Positions 22,377 through 33,749 of a stretch of 56,529 nt of DNA are shown here, one piece after another. The DNA is taken from the NCBI GenBank assembly GCA_035565515.1, contig DATMSG010000114.1:1-56529 (forward strand), in the 5' to 3' direction. Under the pieces are notes generated by a model, which worked only from the letters and a program-made list of their open reading frames with translations, was not told the origin of the DNA and searched no databases. Source of the DNA: Devosia sp. Lineage in GTDB: Bacteria > Pseudomonadota > Alphaproteobacteria > Rhizobiales > Devosiaceae. Position 1 is the first letter of the stretch. Each line of letters begins with the position of its first letter. The position numbers were made by a program, and so were the translations under genes.

Positions 22377-22964
22377 CTAATGCGTGGTATTGAAGAAGCG
22401 GCCGATGAGATAAAGCTGGTAGAGGATATGTATGCCGACCACGGCGAAATGCAGGCGTCGATCCGACGAGCGCCAGGCGATGATGCACAGAACGATGCCC
22501 ACCGGTACCTGGATGAAATAGGACAGGTCGAAGCGCGCCAGATGAGGCCCGCCCTTAATGAGGGTGTCCACCGTATCGAGCACGAAGGTGGCGCCGAGGA
22601 GTCCGAAGAACCAGGGCCGGCGCTTGAGGAAGAAGTCCTCATAGCCCTTGTATTCGGAAATATTGTCCGGACAGAGCAGCGCCGACATCAGGAACAGGGT
22701 GACGGCATAGGTGATGATGAAGAACGCAATCCCGAAGGTCCAGTTGGCCAGCTGGAAAAGCGCAAATTCCCACCACCAGAAAAGGACGAGCTCGAGCAGG
22801 ATCGAACCCATCCACAGTAGATGCAGACTGGAGCGTCCGGGACGGTCAGGGTGTTGCACCATGCCGGCAAAAGTCATCAACAGGCGGGTAATGCCCAGGC
22901 CGACCACCGTTCCCATGACGATGCGGATATGCGGAAAAATCTCGGCGGTTGTATGTGTTTCCAT
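22377..22964 (-). CDS. Hypothetical membrane protein
   Basis: 195 aa, about 5-6 hydrophobic helices, FWWWEF motif. Confidence 0.75.
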   Translation of the reverse strand: METHTTAEIFPHIRIVMGTVVGLGITRLLMTFAGMVQHPDRPGRSSLHLLWMGSILLELVLFWWWEFALFQLANWTFGIAFFIITYAVTLFLMSALLCPDNISEYKGYEDFFLKRRPWFFGLLGATFVLDTVDTLIKGGPHLARFDLSYFIQVPVGIVLCIIAWRSSDRRLHFAVVGIHILYQLYLIGRFFNTTH

Positions 22965-22970
22965 GGCAAC

Positions 22971-23396
22971 CTAAGGGGCGTTGCCGGCGGCGAGACAGGT
23001 GGCGAGCGCCGGTTCGTCCTCCGCGGAGCGCAGGTCGCTTAGCGTAGCTTCGTCGCCGTCGTTCCACCATTCATAAGGGCCCGAAACGTAGCGGGCGCCG
23101 GAAGCGGAAATGGTGGTGGCGAAGATGTGGGTTTCGCCTTCGACCGGCAGGATGGCGAGGAAATTGGGCGCCGCATTGACATATTGCACGCGGAAGCCCT
23201 GGCCATTGTCGCATTGATAGACGACGGTGCGGCGCTCGATGTCGCTGGTTGCGTCGAGCGTCAGTGTCAGGTTTGCGGTCACGGTCGGTAGCAGCGGGGG
23301 TGTCGGCTCTGCCTCTGCGGGCGCGTCCTGCGCCAGGACGGGGCCGGCGACAAGAGCGAAAATGCCGCCCGCGATAAGGCTCCTCAAATCGATCAT
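22971..23396 (-). CDS. MliC/PliC-family lysozyme inhibitor
   Basis: Signal peptide, YQC...SASGARY....YEWWNDG.EATL...C; start ATG 23396 after GAGGA. Confidence 0.88.
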   Translation of the reverse strand: MIDLRSLIAGGIFALVAGPVLAQDAPAEAEPTPPLLPTVTANLTLTLDATSDIERRTVVYQCDNGQGFRVQYVNAAPNFLAILPVEGETHIFATTISASGARYVSGPYEWWNDGDEATLSDLRSAEDEPALATCLAAGNAP

Positions 23397-23499
23397 GGTT
23401 TTTCCTCGATTTCGTTGGAAACAGTGCGAAGCACTTGCCGAGACTGTCTCCACAATCATGGTGATTGATTGTTCTGGCAAGATGTCGGGGCTAAGAAAA

Positions 23500-24339
23500 C
23501 TAGACGTCATCGAGGGTTGCAGGGATGATTGTCTTGCCGTCGATGTCGGCAAAGCCATATTCCCGGGCGAGGTCGGCAGTAACGTGCACGCGCCCCGATT
23601 TTTCCAGCCGTTGCGAATCGGCCCAAAGGGCGGCGATCGACAGGCCGACGAATTGGGGCGATTCCGAATTGGACATATCGAAATATTGGGCGTTGCGCAG
23701 CACCGCCTCGGTGCGGACCAGGCCTGGATAGAGAGAAATTGCGGTCACTCCATGTGGCCGCAATTCGTGCGCGAAATCGGCGGACATCTTGTCGGCAGCC
23801 GCCTTGGCGATGCCATAGATGGCGTTGCCATTGTATTTTTGCGCTGCCCAATAGGAAATGTTGACGATGAGCCCGTTTTTGCGGGCAACCATGCCCGGCG
23901 CGACCGCTCGCGACGCGACAAAGGCGGTTCTGAGGGCGACGTCGATCATGCCGTGCCAGCGCCGCATGGGCTGTTCCCAGAACGGTTTTATCTAGGTGAA
24001 GTCATCGCCTTCGACCATGTTTTCATAGCCGGGCCAGGCATTGTTGACGAGGATGTCGATCTTGCCGGACTGGCGCAGCGCAGAGGCGATTGCCGCCTCC
24101 GTCTGCCGATCGTCCGCGTGGTCGCAGACATGAACGATCAGTTCTCCCGGCAGGTTCTCCGCCTCGGCTTTCAAGCCATCGAGCGAACCCTCGAGCTGCG
24201 GATGGGCGGCCGCCTGCGCATCGGTGACCGTTCGGGCAGTCACGTGGACAGTCATTCCCTTACCGAGCAAGGCAAGGGCGACGCCGCGCCCAATGCCGCG
24301 GCTGGCACCCGTGACCAGCGCTACCGTTTCCACGTTCAT
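23500..24339 (-). pseudogene. Short-chain dehydrogenase/reductase interrupted by an in-frame TAG
   Basis: TGASRGIG and LVNNAW in the 5' part and YGIAK in the 3' part are in one frame, separated only by TAG at 23992-23994 (F-T-*-I-K-P-F-W). Confidence 0.85.
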
Positions 24340-24399
24340 GATATCTCTCCTCCGACTCGGGTTGAACATATCATGAACGCTGTCATTCCGAATGTTGCG

Positions 24400-26109
<1,710 letters not shown>

Positions 26110-26222
26110 GGCAAACTCCGGAAATCAGGAGAGGCGTTGAACGGGGGCGGCAAACGCGGAAAGCGCCCGGCCCGGATGGGCCGTGCGTGCTGTCGCGTTG
26201 GAAGGAAAGGTTTTTGGTAGCG

Positions 26223-26648
26223 TTAGTTCGGCTTGACCGGGTTCAGCGACCGGTAGACGCCGACCGAATGGTCGATGAGGCTGTCGAGAATTTTCTCGCC
26301 CTGCGCCAAGTGCTGGTCGGAGCGCATGGTGCCCGCGATCAACGACATGGCGAGCGCCTGAATGGCATAGGCGTGCTTGGTCTTGCCGGCCGCGTGATAT
26401 TCGTTGCCGCGCTGTTCGAAGACCTTCAGCAGGTCGTTGTAGACCTGCGGGGTGATCACCGATTTGGCGGAGGACCAGGACTTCTGCGCCAGATTGGCGG
26501 AAAGGTCGCTGGCCAGATGACCGATCAGCGCCATGGCTTCGCCATCCTCGGCGGCCGTATCCTGCAGGTCGGTCAGCACGGCGACGAAGCGCTGCTTGAA
26601 TTCGGCGTTGCGGACTTCTGTGGTCGGGGCTTCGGCAGTCATGATCAT
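26223..26648 (-). CDS. Hypothetical helical protein within the urease operon
   Basis: 141-aa ORF with host-like codon bias between ureB and ureC. Confidence 0.75.
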   Translation of the reverse strand: MIMTAEAPTTEVRNAEFKQRFVAVLTDLQDTAAEDGEAMALIGHLASDLSANLAQKSWSSAKSVITPQVYNDLLKVFEQRGNEYHAAGKTKHAYAIQALAMSLIAGTMRSDQHLAQGEKILDSLIDHSVGVYRSLNPVKPN

Positions 26649-26744
26649 CCAGGCAAAAGCAGCTTCGAGTGGCGGAGGTTAAACCACCATTTGGCCGGGA
26701 TTGCCATGGCATGCGCCAAGATTTGCCGAAGCGTGCCCACATGG

Positions 26745-27050
26745 TCACAGCGATCCCATGACCTTTTGGCGGAAGCCGTAAATCTTGCGATCGCCACCGA
26801 TCGGGACGAGGCGCACTTCGCGGCTCTGGCCCGGCTCGAAGCGGACGGCGGTGCCGGCGGCGATGTCGAGGCGCATGCCGCGCGCTTTTTCCCGATCGAA
26901 GCTGAGGCCGGAATTGGTTTCGTAGAAATGGTAGTGGGAGCCGACCTGGATCGGCCGGTCTCCGGTATTGGCGACTTCAATGGTGACCTGTTCGAGCCCG
27001 GCATTGAGCTCGATGGTGCCGGCGGCGGGGATGACTTGGCCCGGGATCAT
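26745..27050 (-). CDS. ureB: Urease subunit beta
   Basis: MIPG start at 27050; [30 protein letters not shown]. Confidence 0.97.
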   Translation of the reverse strand: MIPGQVIPAAGTIELNAGLEQVTIEVANTGDRPIQVGSHYHFYETNSGLSFDREKARGMRLDIAAGTAVRFEPGQSREVRLVPIGGDRKIYGFRQKVMGSL

Positions 27051-27058
27051 GGCTGGTC

Positions 27059-27637
27059 TCACGCGCCGAAGGCGAGCCAGAGGCCGCCAAGGGCGGTGGC
27101 GGCGCCGGCCATGCGGGACAATGCCTTGCCGCCGAAACGGCCGAGAGCGACGCCAAGGCCGATGCCCACGGCATGCAGCACGGCGGTGGCGATGATGAAA
27201 CCGACGGCGAATTGCCAGGCACCGGCTTCGCCGAGTTCGCCACCATGGGCGTGGCCATGGAAGAAGGCGAAGAAGCCGACCATGGCGGCGACAGCGCCGG
27301 TCGGGATGGGCAGGGCCAGGGCGATGGCGATTCCGATGAAGATCACCGAGGCGAGAATGACCGGCTCGACGAAGGGCAGGGGTACGCCCGCAATGGCCGC
27401 GGCGAACCCGACCGCCATCGTGCCGACAAAGGCGGCCGGGACGATCCAAACTGCGCGGCCGCCCTGCATTGCGGCCCAGAGGCCGACGGCGACCATGGCG
27501 AGGATATGATCGAGCCCGAAGAGCGGATGGCTGAAGCCGGCGGCGAAGGAGCCGTGTTCGATGGGGTCGAGATGGGCGAAGGCCGGCATGGTGGCGGCAG
27601 CGAGGATGGAAAGGGCGATCAGCGTGCGCTTGAACAT
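27059..27637 (-). CDS. ureJ: HupE/UreJ family Ni transporter
   Basis: Signal peptide, [28 protein letters not shown]. Confidence 0.93.
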   Translation of the reverse strand: MFKRTLIALSILAAATMPAFAHLDPIEHGSFAAGFSHPLFGLDHILAMVAVGLWAAMQGGRAVWIVPAAFVGTMAVGFAAAIAGVPLPFVEPVILASVIFIGIAIALALPIPTGAVAAMVGFFAFFHGHAHGGELGEAGAWQFAVGFIIATAVLHAVGIGLGVALGRFGGKALSRMAGAATALGGLWLAFGA

Positions 27638-27647
27638 GGGGGCCTCC

Positions 27648-27950
27648 TTAGCGGATGGGTTGGTGGACGGTGACGAGCTTGGTGCCGTCGGGGAAAGTGG
27701 CTTCGACCTGTACGTCGTGGATCATCTCGGCGATGCCGGGCATGACCTGGGCGCGGCTGACGACATGGGCGCCGGCCTCCATCAGCTCGGAGACGGGGCG
27801 GCCATCGCGGGCGCCTTCGACCACGAAATCGGTGATGAGGGCCACGGCCTCGGGATGGTTGAGCTTGACGCCGCGCTCAAGGCGTTTTCGCGCGACGATG
27901 GCGGCCATGGCGATAAGCAATTTATCTTTTTCGCGGGGGGTAAGGTTCAT
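27648..27950 (-). CDS. ureA: Urease subunit gamma
   Basis: [32 protein letters not shown]. Confidence 0.98.
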   Translation of the reverse strand: MNLTPREKDKLLIAMAAIVARKRLERGVKLNHPEAVALITDFVVEGARDGRPVSELMEAGAHVVSRAQVMPGIAEMIHDVQVEATFPDGTKLVTVHQPIR

Positions 27951-27960
27951 CGGCCGTTTC

Positions 27961-28815
27961 CTAGAGATGCCACAGGCGCGGCAGGGAGCCGGCGCCGGTC
28001 AGTTCGATGAGAGTTGGAACCAGAAGTTTGCGCAGGGCAAGTCCGGTGCGCGCCATGGCCCGGATGACGAGCCGCTCGCCATTGGCGCTGGCCGCGATCG
28101 GGCCGGGGGAAGGATGGAGGGCACGGACGCGGCCGAGAAGTTGCTCGGCCTTGTCGGCACTCGCGGCGACATGAAGGATGGATGCGAAAGCCCGGCAGCC
28201 ACGCAGCAGGGAAAGCCCATCGCGCTCGCTGCCATCCCCGGTAAGGCGGGTTGCCTCGGCGTGGATCAGGCGGTCGCCGCGATAGATGCGCCAATTGTCC
28301 GAGAATTGCGCGTCGCGCGCCTCCTCGCCCATGGCATCGCGGCCGAGCAACACCGCCTCGATGGCGGTCAGCGTTGCTCCTTCGTCGAGGCGGATGGTCA
28401 GGCGGCGGTCGAGTTTGCTCGCTTCAAAGAGGATGGTCTCCTGTGGCAGCCAGTCGAGATGGGCGCCGGGGCCGACGGTGATCTCGGCTTCCACATGGGC
28501 CGTATCGCCAGTCGAGCGATAGCTGCGCTCGCAGGCCTGGGTGGTGATGACCAGCCGACCCCCGGCCGCGACGTCGGCGCCCCAGCGCAAATGGTCGCCA
28601 CCGGTAATGCCGCCCGCAGTATTGATAAAGACCGCTTCAAGTGCAGACGAATGGGTGCGCGGCAAACGGATCTTGCCGCAGCCCTCCTGAAAAAGAGTGT
28701 CGATACAGGTATTTCCGTCGCGTTGCTTGGTGCTGACATGCGCAACGCCGCGTGCTCGCTGCAGCGCAGGACGAGGTGAAAACGCCTCCAAAACCGGCAA
28801 AACGGCGAAATTCAT
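27961..28815 (-). CDS. ureD: Urease accessory protein UreD
   Basis: [28 protein letters not shown]-terminal LPRLW. Start uncertain. Confidence 0.95.
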   Translation of the reverse strand: MNFAVLPVLEAFSPRPALQRARGVAHVSTKQRDGNTCIDTLFQEGCGKIRLPRTHSSALEAVFINTAGGITGGDHLRWGADVAAGGRLVITTQACERSYRSTGDTAHVEAEITVGPGAHLDWLPQETILFEASKLDRRLTIRLDEGATLTAIEAVLLGRDAMGEEARDAQFSDNWRIYRGDRLIHAEATRLTGDGSERDGLSLLRGCRAFASILHVAASADKAEQLLGRVRALHPSPGPIAASANGERLVIRAMARTGLALRKLLVPTLIELTGAGSLPRLWHL

Positions 28816-28892
28816 TGCAACGATCCTGCGATCATCTCGTTGTCTAGGCGAGCAAGCGCTCTTTCATAGAGAATTTTCAAGAGGTTATAGAA

Positions 28893-29228
28893 ATGACCAT
28901 CAAATCTGCTTTGTCTATTGCCGCTCTTACCGTTGCTCTGACCGGTGCTTCTTTTGCGCAGGGCATGACGATCAATGGTGTTGCCGTATCCGAAGCCGAT
29001 ATGCCGGCCGTTCAGGAACGCTGTGAAATGCTCTCGACGGCTGCAAGCACTGAAGCTCTTTCGGAAGGCACTGAAGAAGACACCAACGACAATGCGGCGG
29101 CCGATAACGACAGCGCTACGACTGACACCACTCCGGGGGTCAACGAAGCTGCGAATGCAACGACCACGATCGATCTCGATACGATCGATCTGCAGGCTTG
29201 CATCGATGGCGGCTTCGTCACGCAATAA
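28893..29228 (+). CDS. Small secreted acidic protein with two Cys
   Basis: Sec signal (ASFA/Q), D/E/T/N-rich central region, RBS AGAGG. Confidence 0.8.
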   Translation: MTIKSALSIAALTVALTGASFAQGMTINGVAVSEADMPAVQERCEMLSTAASTEALSEGTEEDTNDNAAADNDSATTDTTPGVNEAANATTTIDLDTIDLQACIDGGFVTQ

Positions 29229-29280
29229 TCTGTCGCTCATAGCGGCCAATTTGGGCATCTGGCTTCGGTCAGGTGCCTTT

Positions 29281-29985
29281 TCATACCATAAGATGCTTGC
29301 GCACATCGGGCCGGTCTAGATCGCTCGCCGGGCCCTGGTGCATGATTTCGCCTCGGTCCATGACGTAGATGTCGTCGGCAATCTCGCGGCAGAAATCGAG
29401 GAATTGTTCGACCAAGAGAATGGTCATGCCCTTCTCGTCGCGCAGGAATTGCAGCGCGCGGCCGATGTCCTTGATGATCGAGGGCTGGATGCCCTCGGTG
29501 GGTTCATCGAGAACCAGAACTTTGGGTCGGGTGACCAGAGCGCGGCCGATAGCGAGCTGCTGCTGCTGGCCACCCGAGAGATCGCCGCCCCGCCGCCCAA
29601 GCATGGATTTGAGGACCGGGAACAGCTCGAAAATGTATTCGGGAATAGTGCGTTCGCTGCGGGGAAGGCCGGCATAGCCGGTTTCTAGATTTTCCTTCAC
29701 CGTCAGCAGCGGGAAGATTTCGCGACCCTGCGGCACATAGCCGAGGCCCATGCGGGCGCGCTTGTAAGGTGGCGCTTTTTTGAGCACTTCACTGCCGAAA
29801 GTTATGGCACCCGAGGATATATGATTGACGCCGGTGATGGCGCGCAGGGTCGAGGATTTGCCCACGCCGTTACGGCCGAGGACGGCGGTGATTTTTCCCG
29901 GCTGGCAGTCGATAGAGACGCCCTTGAGCGCCTGGGCGGCGCCGTAGTGCAAATCTATGGTGTTGATCGAGAGGGCTGCGGTCAT
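29281..29985 (-). CDS. urtE: Urea ABC transporter ATP-binding subunit
   Basis: GRNGVGKS, YVPQGREIFP, LSGGQQQQLAI, DEPTEGIQP; ATG 29985. Confidence 0.95.
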   Translation of the reverse strand: MTAALSINTIDLHYGAAQALKGVSIDCQPGKITAVLGRNGVGKSSTLRAITGVNHISSGAITFGSEVLKKAPPYKRARMGLGYVPQGREIFPLLTVKENLETGYAGLPRSERTIPEYIFELFPVLKSMLGRRGGDLSGGQQQQLAIGRALVTRPKVLVLDEPTEGIQPSIIKDIGRALQFLRDEKGMTILLVEQFLDFCREIADDIYVMDRGEIMHQGPASDLDRPDVRKHLMV

Positions 29986-30731
29986 CGTCCAAGATACCTT
30001 TCGATCACGACGGGATTGGCGCTGACCTGGTCGAGCGAGCCCTCGGCCAAGACTGCGCCTTCGGCCAGGCACACGACGCGCGAACCCAGCTCGCGCACGA
30101 AGCTCATATCGTGCTCGACGACAACGACGGATCGGGTCTTGGCGATTTCGCGCAGCAATTTCGCGGTCTCCTCTGTCTCACTGTCGGTCATGCCGGCGAC
30201 GGGTTCGTCGACGAGCAGAAGCTTGGGATCTTGTGCAAGCAGCATGCCAATTTCGAGCCATTGCTTCTGGCCGTGGCTGAGATTGGCCGCGTATTCGTCC
30301 TTGCGATGGAGGAGTCTGACGGTTTCGAGGATTTCGGTGATGCGGGCGACGTCGTCGTCGCTGGCGGTGTAGAACAGCGTAGCGAGGATGCCGCGCGGCT
30401 TCTTCAATGCCATTTCGAGATTGTCCCAGACCGTGTGGCTTTCGAACACCGTGGGTTTCTGGAATTTGCGACCGATGCCGAGATTGGCGATCGTTGCCTC
30501 ATCGAGCTTGGTCAGATCAGTGCGACCGTCGAACATGACTTCGCCGGCGTCGGGGCGGGTTTTCCCGGTGATGATGTCCATCATCGTCGTCTTGCCCGCG
30601 CCGTTGGGGCCGATGATGGCCAGCATTTCGGTGGGGCGGACGATGATCGAAAGGTTGTTGATGGCCCTGAAGCCGTCAAAGGCAACGGAGACGCCGTTGA
30701 GATAGAGCATCGTATCCTGTGCTTTGCTCAC
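29982..30731 (-). CDS. urtD: Urea ABC transporter ATP-binding subunit
   Basis: GPNGAGKTTMMDIITGKT, GRKFQKP, LSHGQKQWLEIGM; GTG 30731. Confidence 0.94.
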   Translation of the reverse strand: MSKAQDTMLYLNGVSVAFDGFRAINNLSIIVRPTEMLAIIGPNGAGKTTMMDIITGKTRPDAGEVMFDGRTDLTKLDEATIANLGIGRKFQKPTVFESHTVWDNLEMALKKPRGILATLFYTASDDDVARITEILETVRLLHRKDEYAANLSHGQKQWLEIGMLLAQDPKLLLVDEPVAGMTDSETEETAKLLREIAKTRSVVVVEHDMSFVRELGSRVVCLAEGAVLAEGSLDQVSANPVVIERYLGR

Positions 30732-30736
30732 TTGGC

Positions 30737-31936
30737 TTACTCCGCCGGACGGGGCTGGGGATTGTCGAAGGTGCTGGGGTCTTCGCCGCGTTCGATGTCG
30801 GCGGATTGGGCCGGGGTCGGCATGGCCGGTTCTTCGGCGTTTTTCCGAGGGGTGCCGAAGAGCTGCTTCCAGAGGCCGACGATGCCCTTGGGCAGGAAGA
30901 GCGTTACGAAGATGAAGAGGGCGCCGAGCGCAAAGAGCCAGAATTCGGGCAGGGCGCTGGTGAACCAGGATTTGCCGAGATTGACGACGATGGCGCCGAT
31001 GATGGGGCCAATGAGGGTGCCGCGGCCGCCGACGGCGGTCCAGATGACCACTTCGATGGAATTGCCGGGCTCGAATTCGCCGGGATTGATGATGCCGACC
31101 TGCGGCACATAGAGGGCGCCGGCGATGCCGGCCATGATGGCCGAAACGGTGAAGGCGAAGAGTTTTACATATTCGACCCGGTAGCCGATGAACCTTGTGC
31201 GGCTTTCGGCGTCGCGCACCGCGACCATGACTTTTCCCAGCTTGGAATTGACGATCATCGAGCAAACGAGGACCGAGAGGGCCAGGGCGATGGCTGTCGC
31301 GGAGAAGAGGATCACGCGGGTGGTCTGCGCCTGAACCGGAGCGCCCAGAATATCCTTGAAGTCGGTGAGACCGTTATTGCCGCCAAAGCCCATATCGTTG
31401 CGGAAGAAAGCCAGCAGCAGGGCGAAGGTCATCGCCTGGGTGATGATCGAGAGATAGAAGCCTGTAACGCGGCTCCTGAAGGCGAAGAAGCCGAAGATGA
31501 AGGCGAGGAGGCCGGGGACGAGAACAACCATGGCCATGGCGAACCAGAAATTGTCGAAACCGTACCAATACCAGGGCAGCTCCTTCCAATTGAGGAAGAC
31601 CATGAAATCGGGGAGGGTCGGATTGCCGTAGACCCCGCGAGTGCCGATCTGACGCATGAGATACATGCCCATGGCATAGCCACCGAGCGCGAAGAAGGCG
31701 CTGTGGCCGAGCGAGAGAATGCCGCAATAGCCCCAGACAAGGTCCAGCGCGAGCGCCAGAATGGCGTAGCTGAGATATTTGCCGAGGAGGGAGACCAGGT
31801 AGGTCGGGACGTGGCCGAATTGGCCGGGCGGGATCAACAGATTCGCCATGGGCACATAGACGGCGACGGCGAGAAAAATGCCGATGACCCAGACGGCCTT
31901 CTTGTCGAGCGCGCGGAACAGGACTTGGGTCAGCAT
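30737..31936 (-). CDS. urtC: Urea ABC transporter permease
   Basis: DLVWGYCGILSLGH, LPDFMVFLNW, GGNNGLTDF, AVGGRGTL. Confidence 0.95.
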   Translation of the reverse strand: MLTQVLFRALDKKAVWVIGIFLAVAVYVPMANLLIPPGQFGHVPTYLVSLLGKYLSYAILALALDLVWGYCGILSLGHSAFFALGGYAMGMYLMRQIGTRGVYGNPTLPDFMVFLNWKELPWYWYGFDNFWFAMAMVVLVPGLLAFIFGFFAFRSRVTGFYLSIITQAMTFALLLAFFRNDMGFGGNNGLTDFKDILGAPVQAQTTRVILFSATAIALALSVLVCSMIVNSKLGKVMVAVRDAESRTRFIGYRVEYVKLFAFTVSAIMAGIAGALYVPQVGIINPGEFEPGNSIEVVIWTAVGGRGTLIGPIIGAIVVNLGKSWFTSALPEFWLFALGALFIFVTLFLPKGIVGLWKQLFGTPRKNAEEPAMPTPAQSADIERGEDPSTFDNPQPRPAE

Positions 31937-31976
31937 GCGATGTCTCCGGAAGTCAGGGTGCGGGGCGGGAAGGCGA

Positions 31977-33590
31977 TCATTGTTCGATCGCCCTTCCCTT
32001 GAGGGCGAAGAGGCCCCGCGGACGCCGCTGGATGAAGAGGATGATCAGCACCAGGATCAGGATTTTGCCCAGAACGGCACCGGCATAGGGTTCGAGGAAC
32101 TTGTTGGCGACGCCGAGCGTCAGAGCGCCAACGAAGGTGCCCCAGAGATTGCCCACGCCGCCGAAGACCACCACCATGAAGCTATCGATGATGTAGTTCT
32201 GGCCGAGATTGGGGGAGATGTTGTCGATCTGGGTGAGCGCGACGCCGGCAAGGCCGGCAATGCCGGAGCCGAGGCCGAAGGTCATGGCGTCGACGAAGGG
32301 GGTGCGGATGCCCATGGCCGAGGCCATGCGGCGGTTTTGCGTCACGGCGCGCATTTGCAGGCCGAGCGGGGTGCGATTGAGGATCAGCAGCAGCATGAAG
32401 AAGACGATCAGCGCGAAGATGACGATCCAGAAGCGGTTGTAGGTGATGGCGAGGCCGAAGAAATCGGTGGAGCCGGACATCCAGGTGGGCGCGATGACCA
32501 TCTGGTTGGTGGGCCCGAAGATCGAGCGCACGGTCTGCTGCAGGATCAGCGACAGGCCCCAGGTAGCGAGGAGGGTTTCGAGCGGTCGGCCATAAAGCCA
32601 GCGGATGATGCCGCGTTCGATACCGACGCCGATGGCGCCGGTGACGAGGAAGGCGACGGGCAGGGCGATGAGCAGGGAATAATCGAGCAGGCCCGGGAAG
32701 GACTGGCGGATGACGAGCTGGACCAAGAAGGTCGTATAGGCGCCGAGCATGACCATTTCGCCATGGGCCATGTTGATGACGCCCATGACGCCGAAGGTGA
32801 TGGCGAGGCCGATAGCGGCGAGGAGGAGGACCGAGCCGAGCGACATACCGAACCAGACGTTTTGCAAGGCGCCCCAAACAGCGCGGCCCTGTTCGAGGCC
32901 GGAAATGGCGGATTGAATGGTGGGCTTTACCGCGTCGGGCGCCGTGGCGAGAGCGCTGGTGAGGATGGTGATGGCGTTGCGACCGGCGCCGGAGACGATC
33001 TGCGGCACGGCAGCGTTTTTGTCTTCAATGCTGGCGTCCTCGCTGCCGAGAATGGTGACGGCGCGGGCGGTCTGCATGGCGCTCAAGACATTGGCATCGG
33101 TTTCGGCGGCGATGGCTTCGTCGAGCAGGGGCAGATTGGCGGCGTCGGGCTTGGCGAGGAAACCTTGGGCGGCGGCAAGGCGCGTGCGGGGATCGTCGCT
33201 CATCAGCGTCATGCCAGCGAGGGCTGCGGAAATATCGCGCCGCAGGCCGTTGTTGACGCGGATGCGCGAGAGATCGGCTTCGGCGCCAAGGTCAACGGCT
33301 TCGCCGGTCAGCGGATCGGTGATGGCGGAGCCGGTCTGGATGACGACGCGGCCGGAAATTTCATCGAGGTAGAGGTTGCCGTCCGCAAGAGCGGTGAGGG
33401 CAGGGACGACGCTGCTGTCGCCAGTGGCGGCAAGATCGCTAACGATCTGGCCGAGTTCTTTCAAACTGGCTTCGCCCATGGCGGCGATCTGGGCCGGGAT
33501 GTCGACGGTGTCCTGGGCGTGGGTAAATTGCGTGGAAAACAGCAGCGACAGCACCAGAACGGTTAGCCGAATGACGCGCGAAATGAGCAT
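31977..33590 (-). CDS. urtB: Urea ABC transporter permease with large periplasmic N-domain
   Basis: AITFGVMGVINMAHGE, RPLETLLATWG, IIDSFMVVVFGGVG. Confidence 0.95.
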   Translation of the reverse strand: MLISRVIRLTVLVLSLLFSTQFTHAQDTVDIPAQIAAMGEASLKELGQIVSDLAATGDSSVVPALTALADGNLYLDEISGRVVIQTGSAITDPLTGEAVDLGAEADLSRIRVNNGLRRDISAALAGMTLMSDDPRTRLAAAQGFLAKPDAANLPLLDEAIAAETDANVLSAMQTARAVTILGSEDASIEDKNAAVPQIVSGAGRNAITILTSALATAPDAVKPTIQSAISGLEQGRAVWGALQNVWFGMSLGSVLLLAAIGLAITFGVMGVINMAHGEMVMLGAYTTFLVQLVIRQSFPGLLDYSLLIALPVAFLVTGAIGVGIERGIIRWLYGRPLETLLATWGLSLILQQTVRSIFGPTNQMVIAPTWMSGSTDFFGLAITYNRFWIVIFALIVFFMLLLILNRTPLGLQMRAVTQNRRMASAMGIRTPFVDAMTFGLGSGIAGLAGVALTQIDNISPNLGQNYIIDSFMVVVFGGVGNLWGTFVGALTLGVANKFLEPYAGAVLGKILILVLIILFIQRRPRGLFALKGRAIEQ

Positions 33591-33607
33591 GGGGATGGCC
33601 TCTCAGT

Positions 33608-33700
33608 AGACCTCATCCTGAGCCTGTCGAAGGGCGAGGTCGTGGTATTCAGGGCCCCGCTTGCCCGACCTCGTGGTTCGACACGCTCACCATGAGGTCT
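33608..33700. repeat. Palindromic intergenic repeat element (REP/MITE-like)
   Basis: AGACCTCAT-CCTGAGCCTGTCGAAGGG-CGAGGTCG ... CGACCTCG-TGGTTCGACACGCTCACC-ATGAGGTCT forms a long imperfect inverted repeat. Confidence 0.7.
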
Positions 33701-33749
33701 TCGGGAGGGCAGAGACTGGTGGGCGCACCGGGCGCCCACCTCTGTTCGC

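Noticed and set aside
23992-23994. Amber codon as pyrrolysine or genetic-code reassignment
   Set aside because: TAG terminates neighbouring genes (e.g. ureC, glgP) and no pyl machinery is seen; a point mutation or error is simpler.
24377-24399. GCAAC...CGTT on the minus strand upstream of the SDR as an EcfG promoter
   Set aside because: Spacer is 14 nt, outside the 16-17 nt range.
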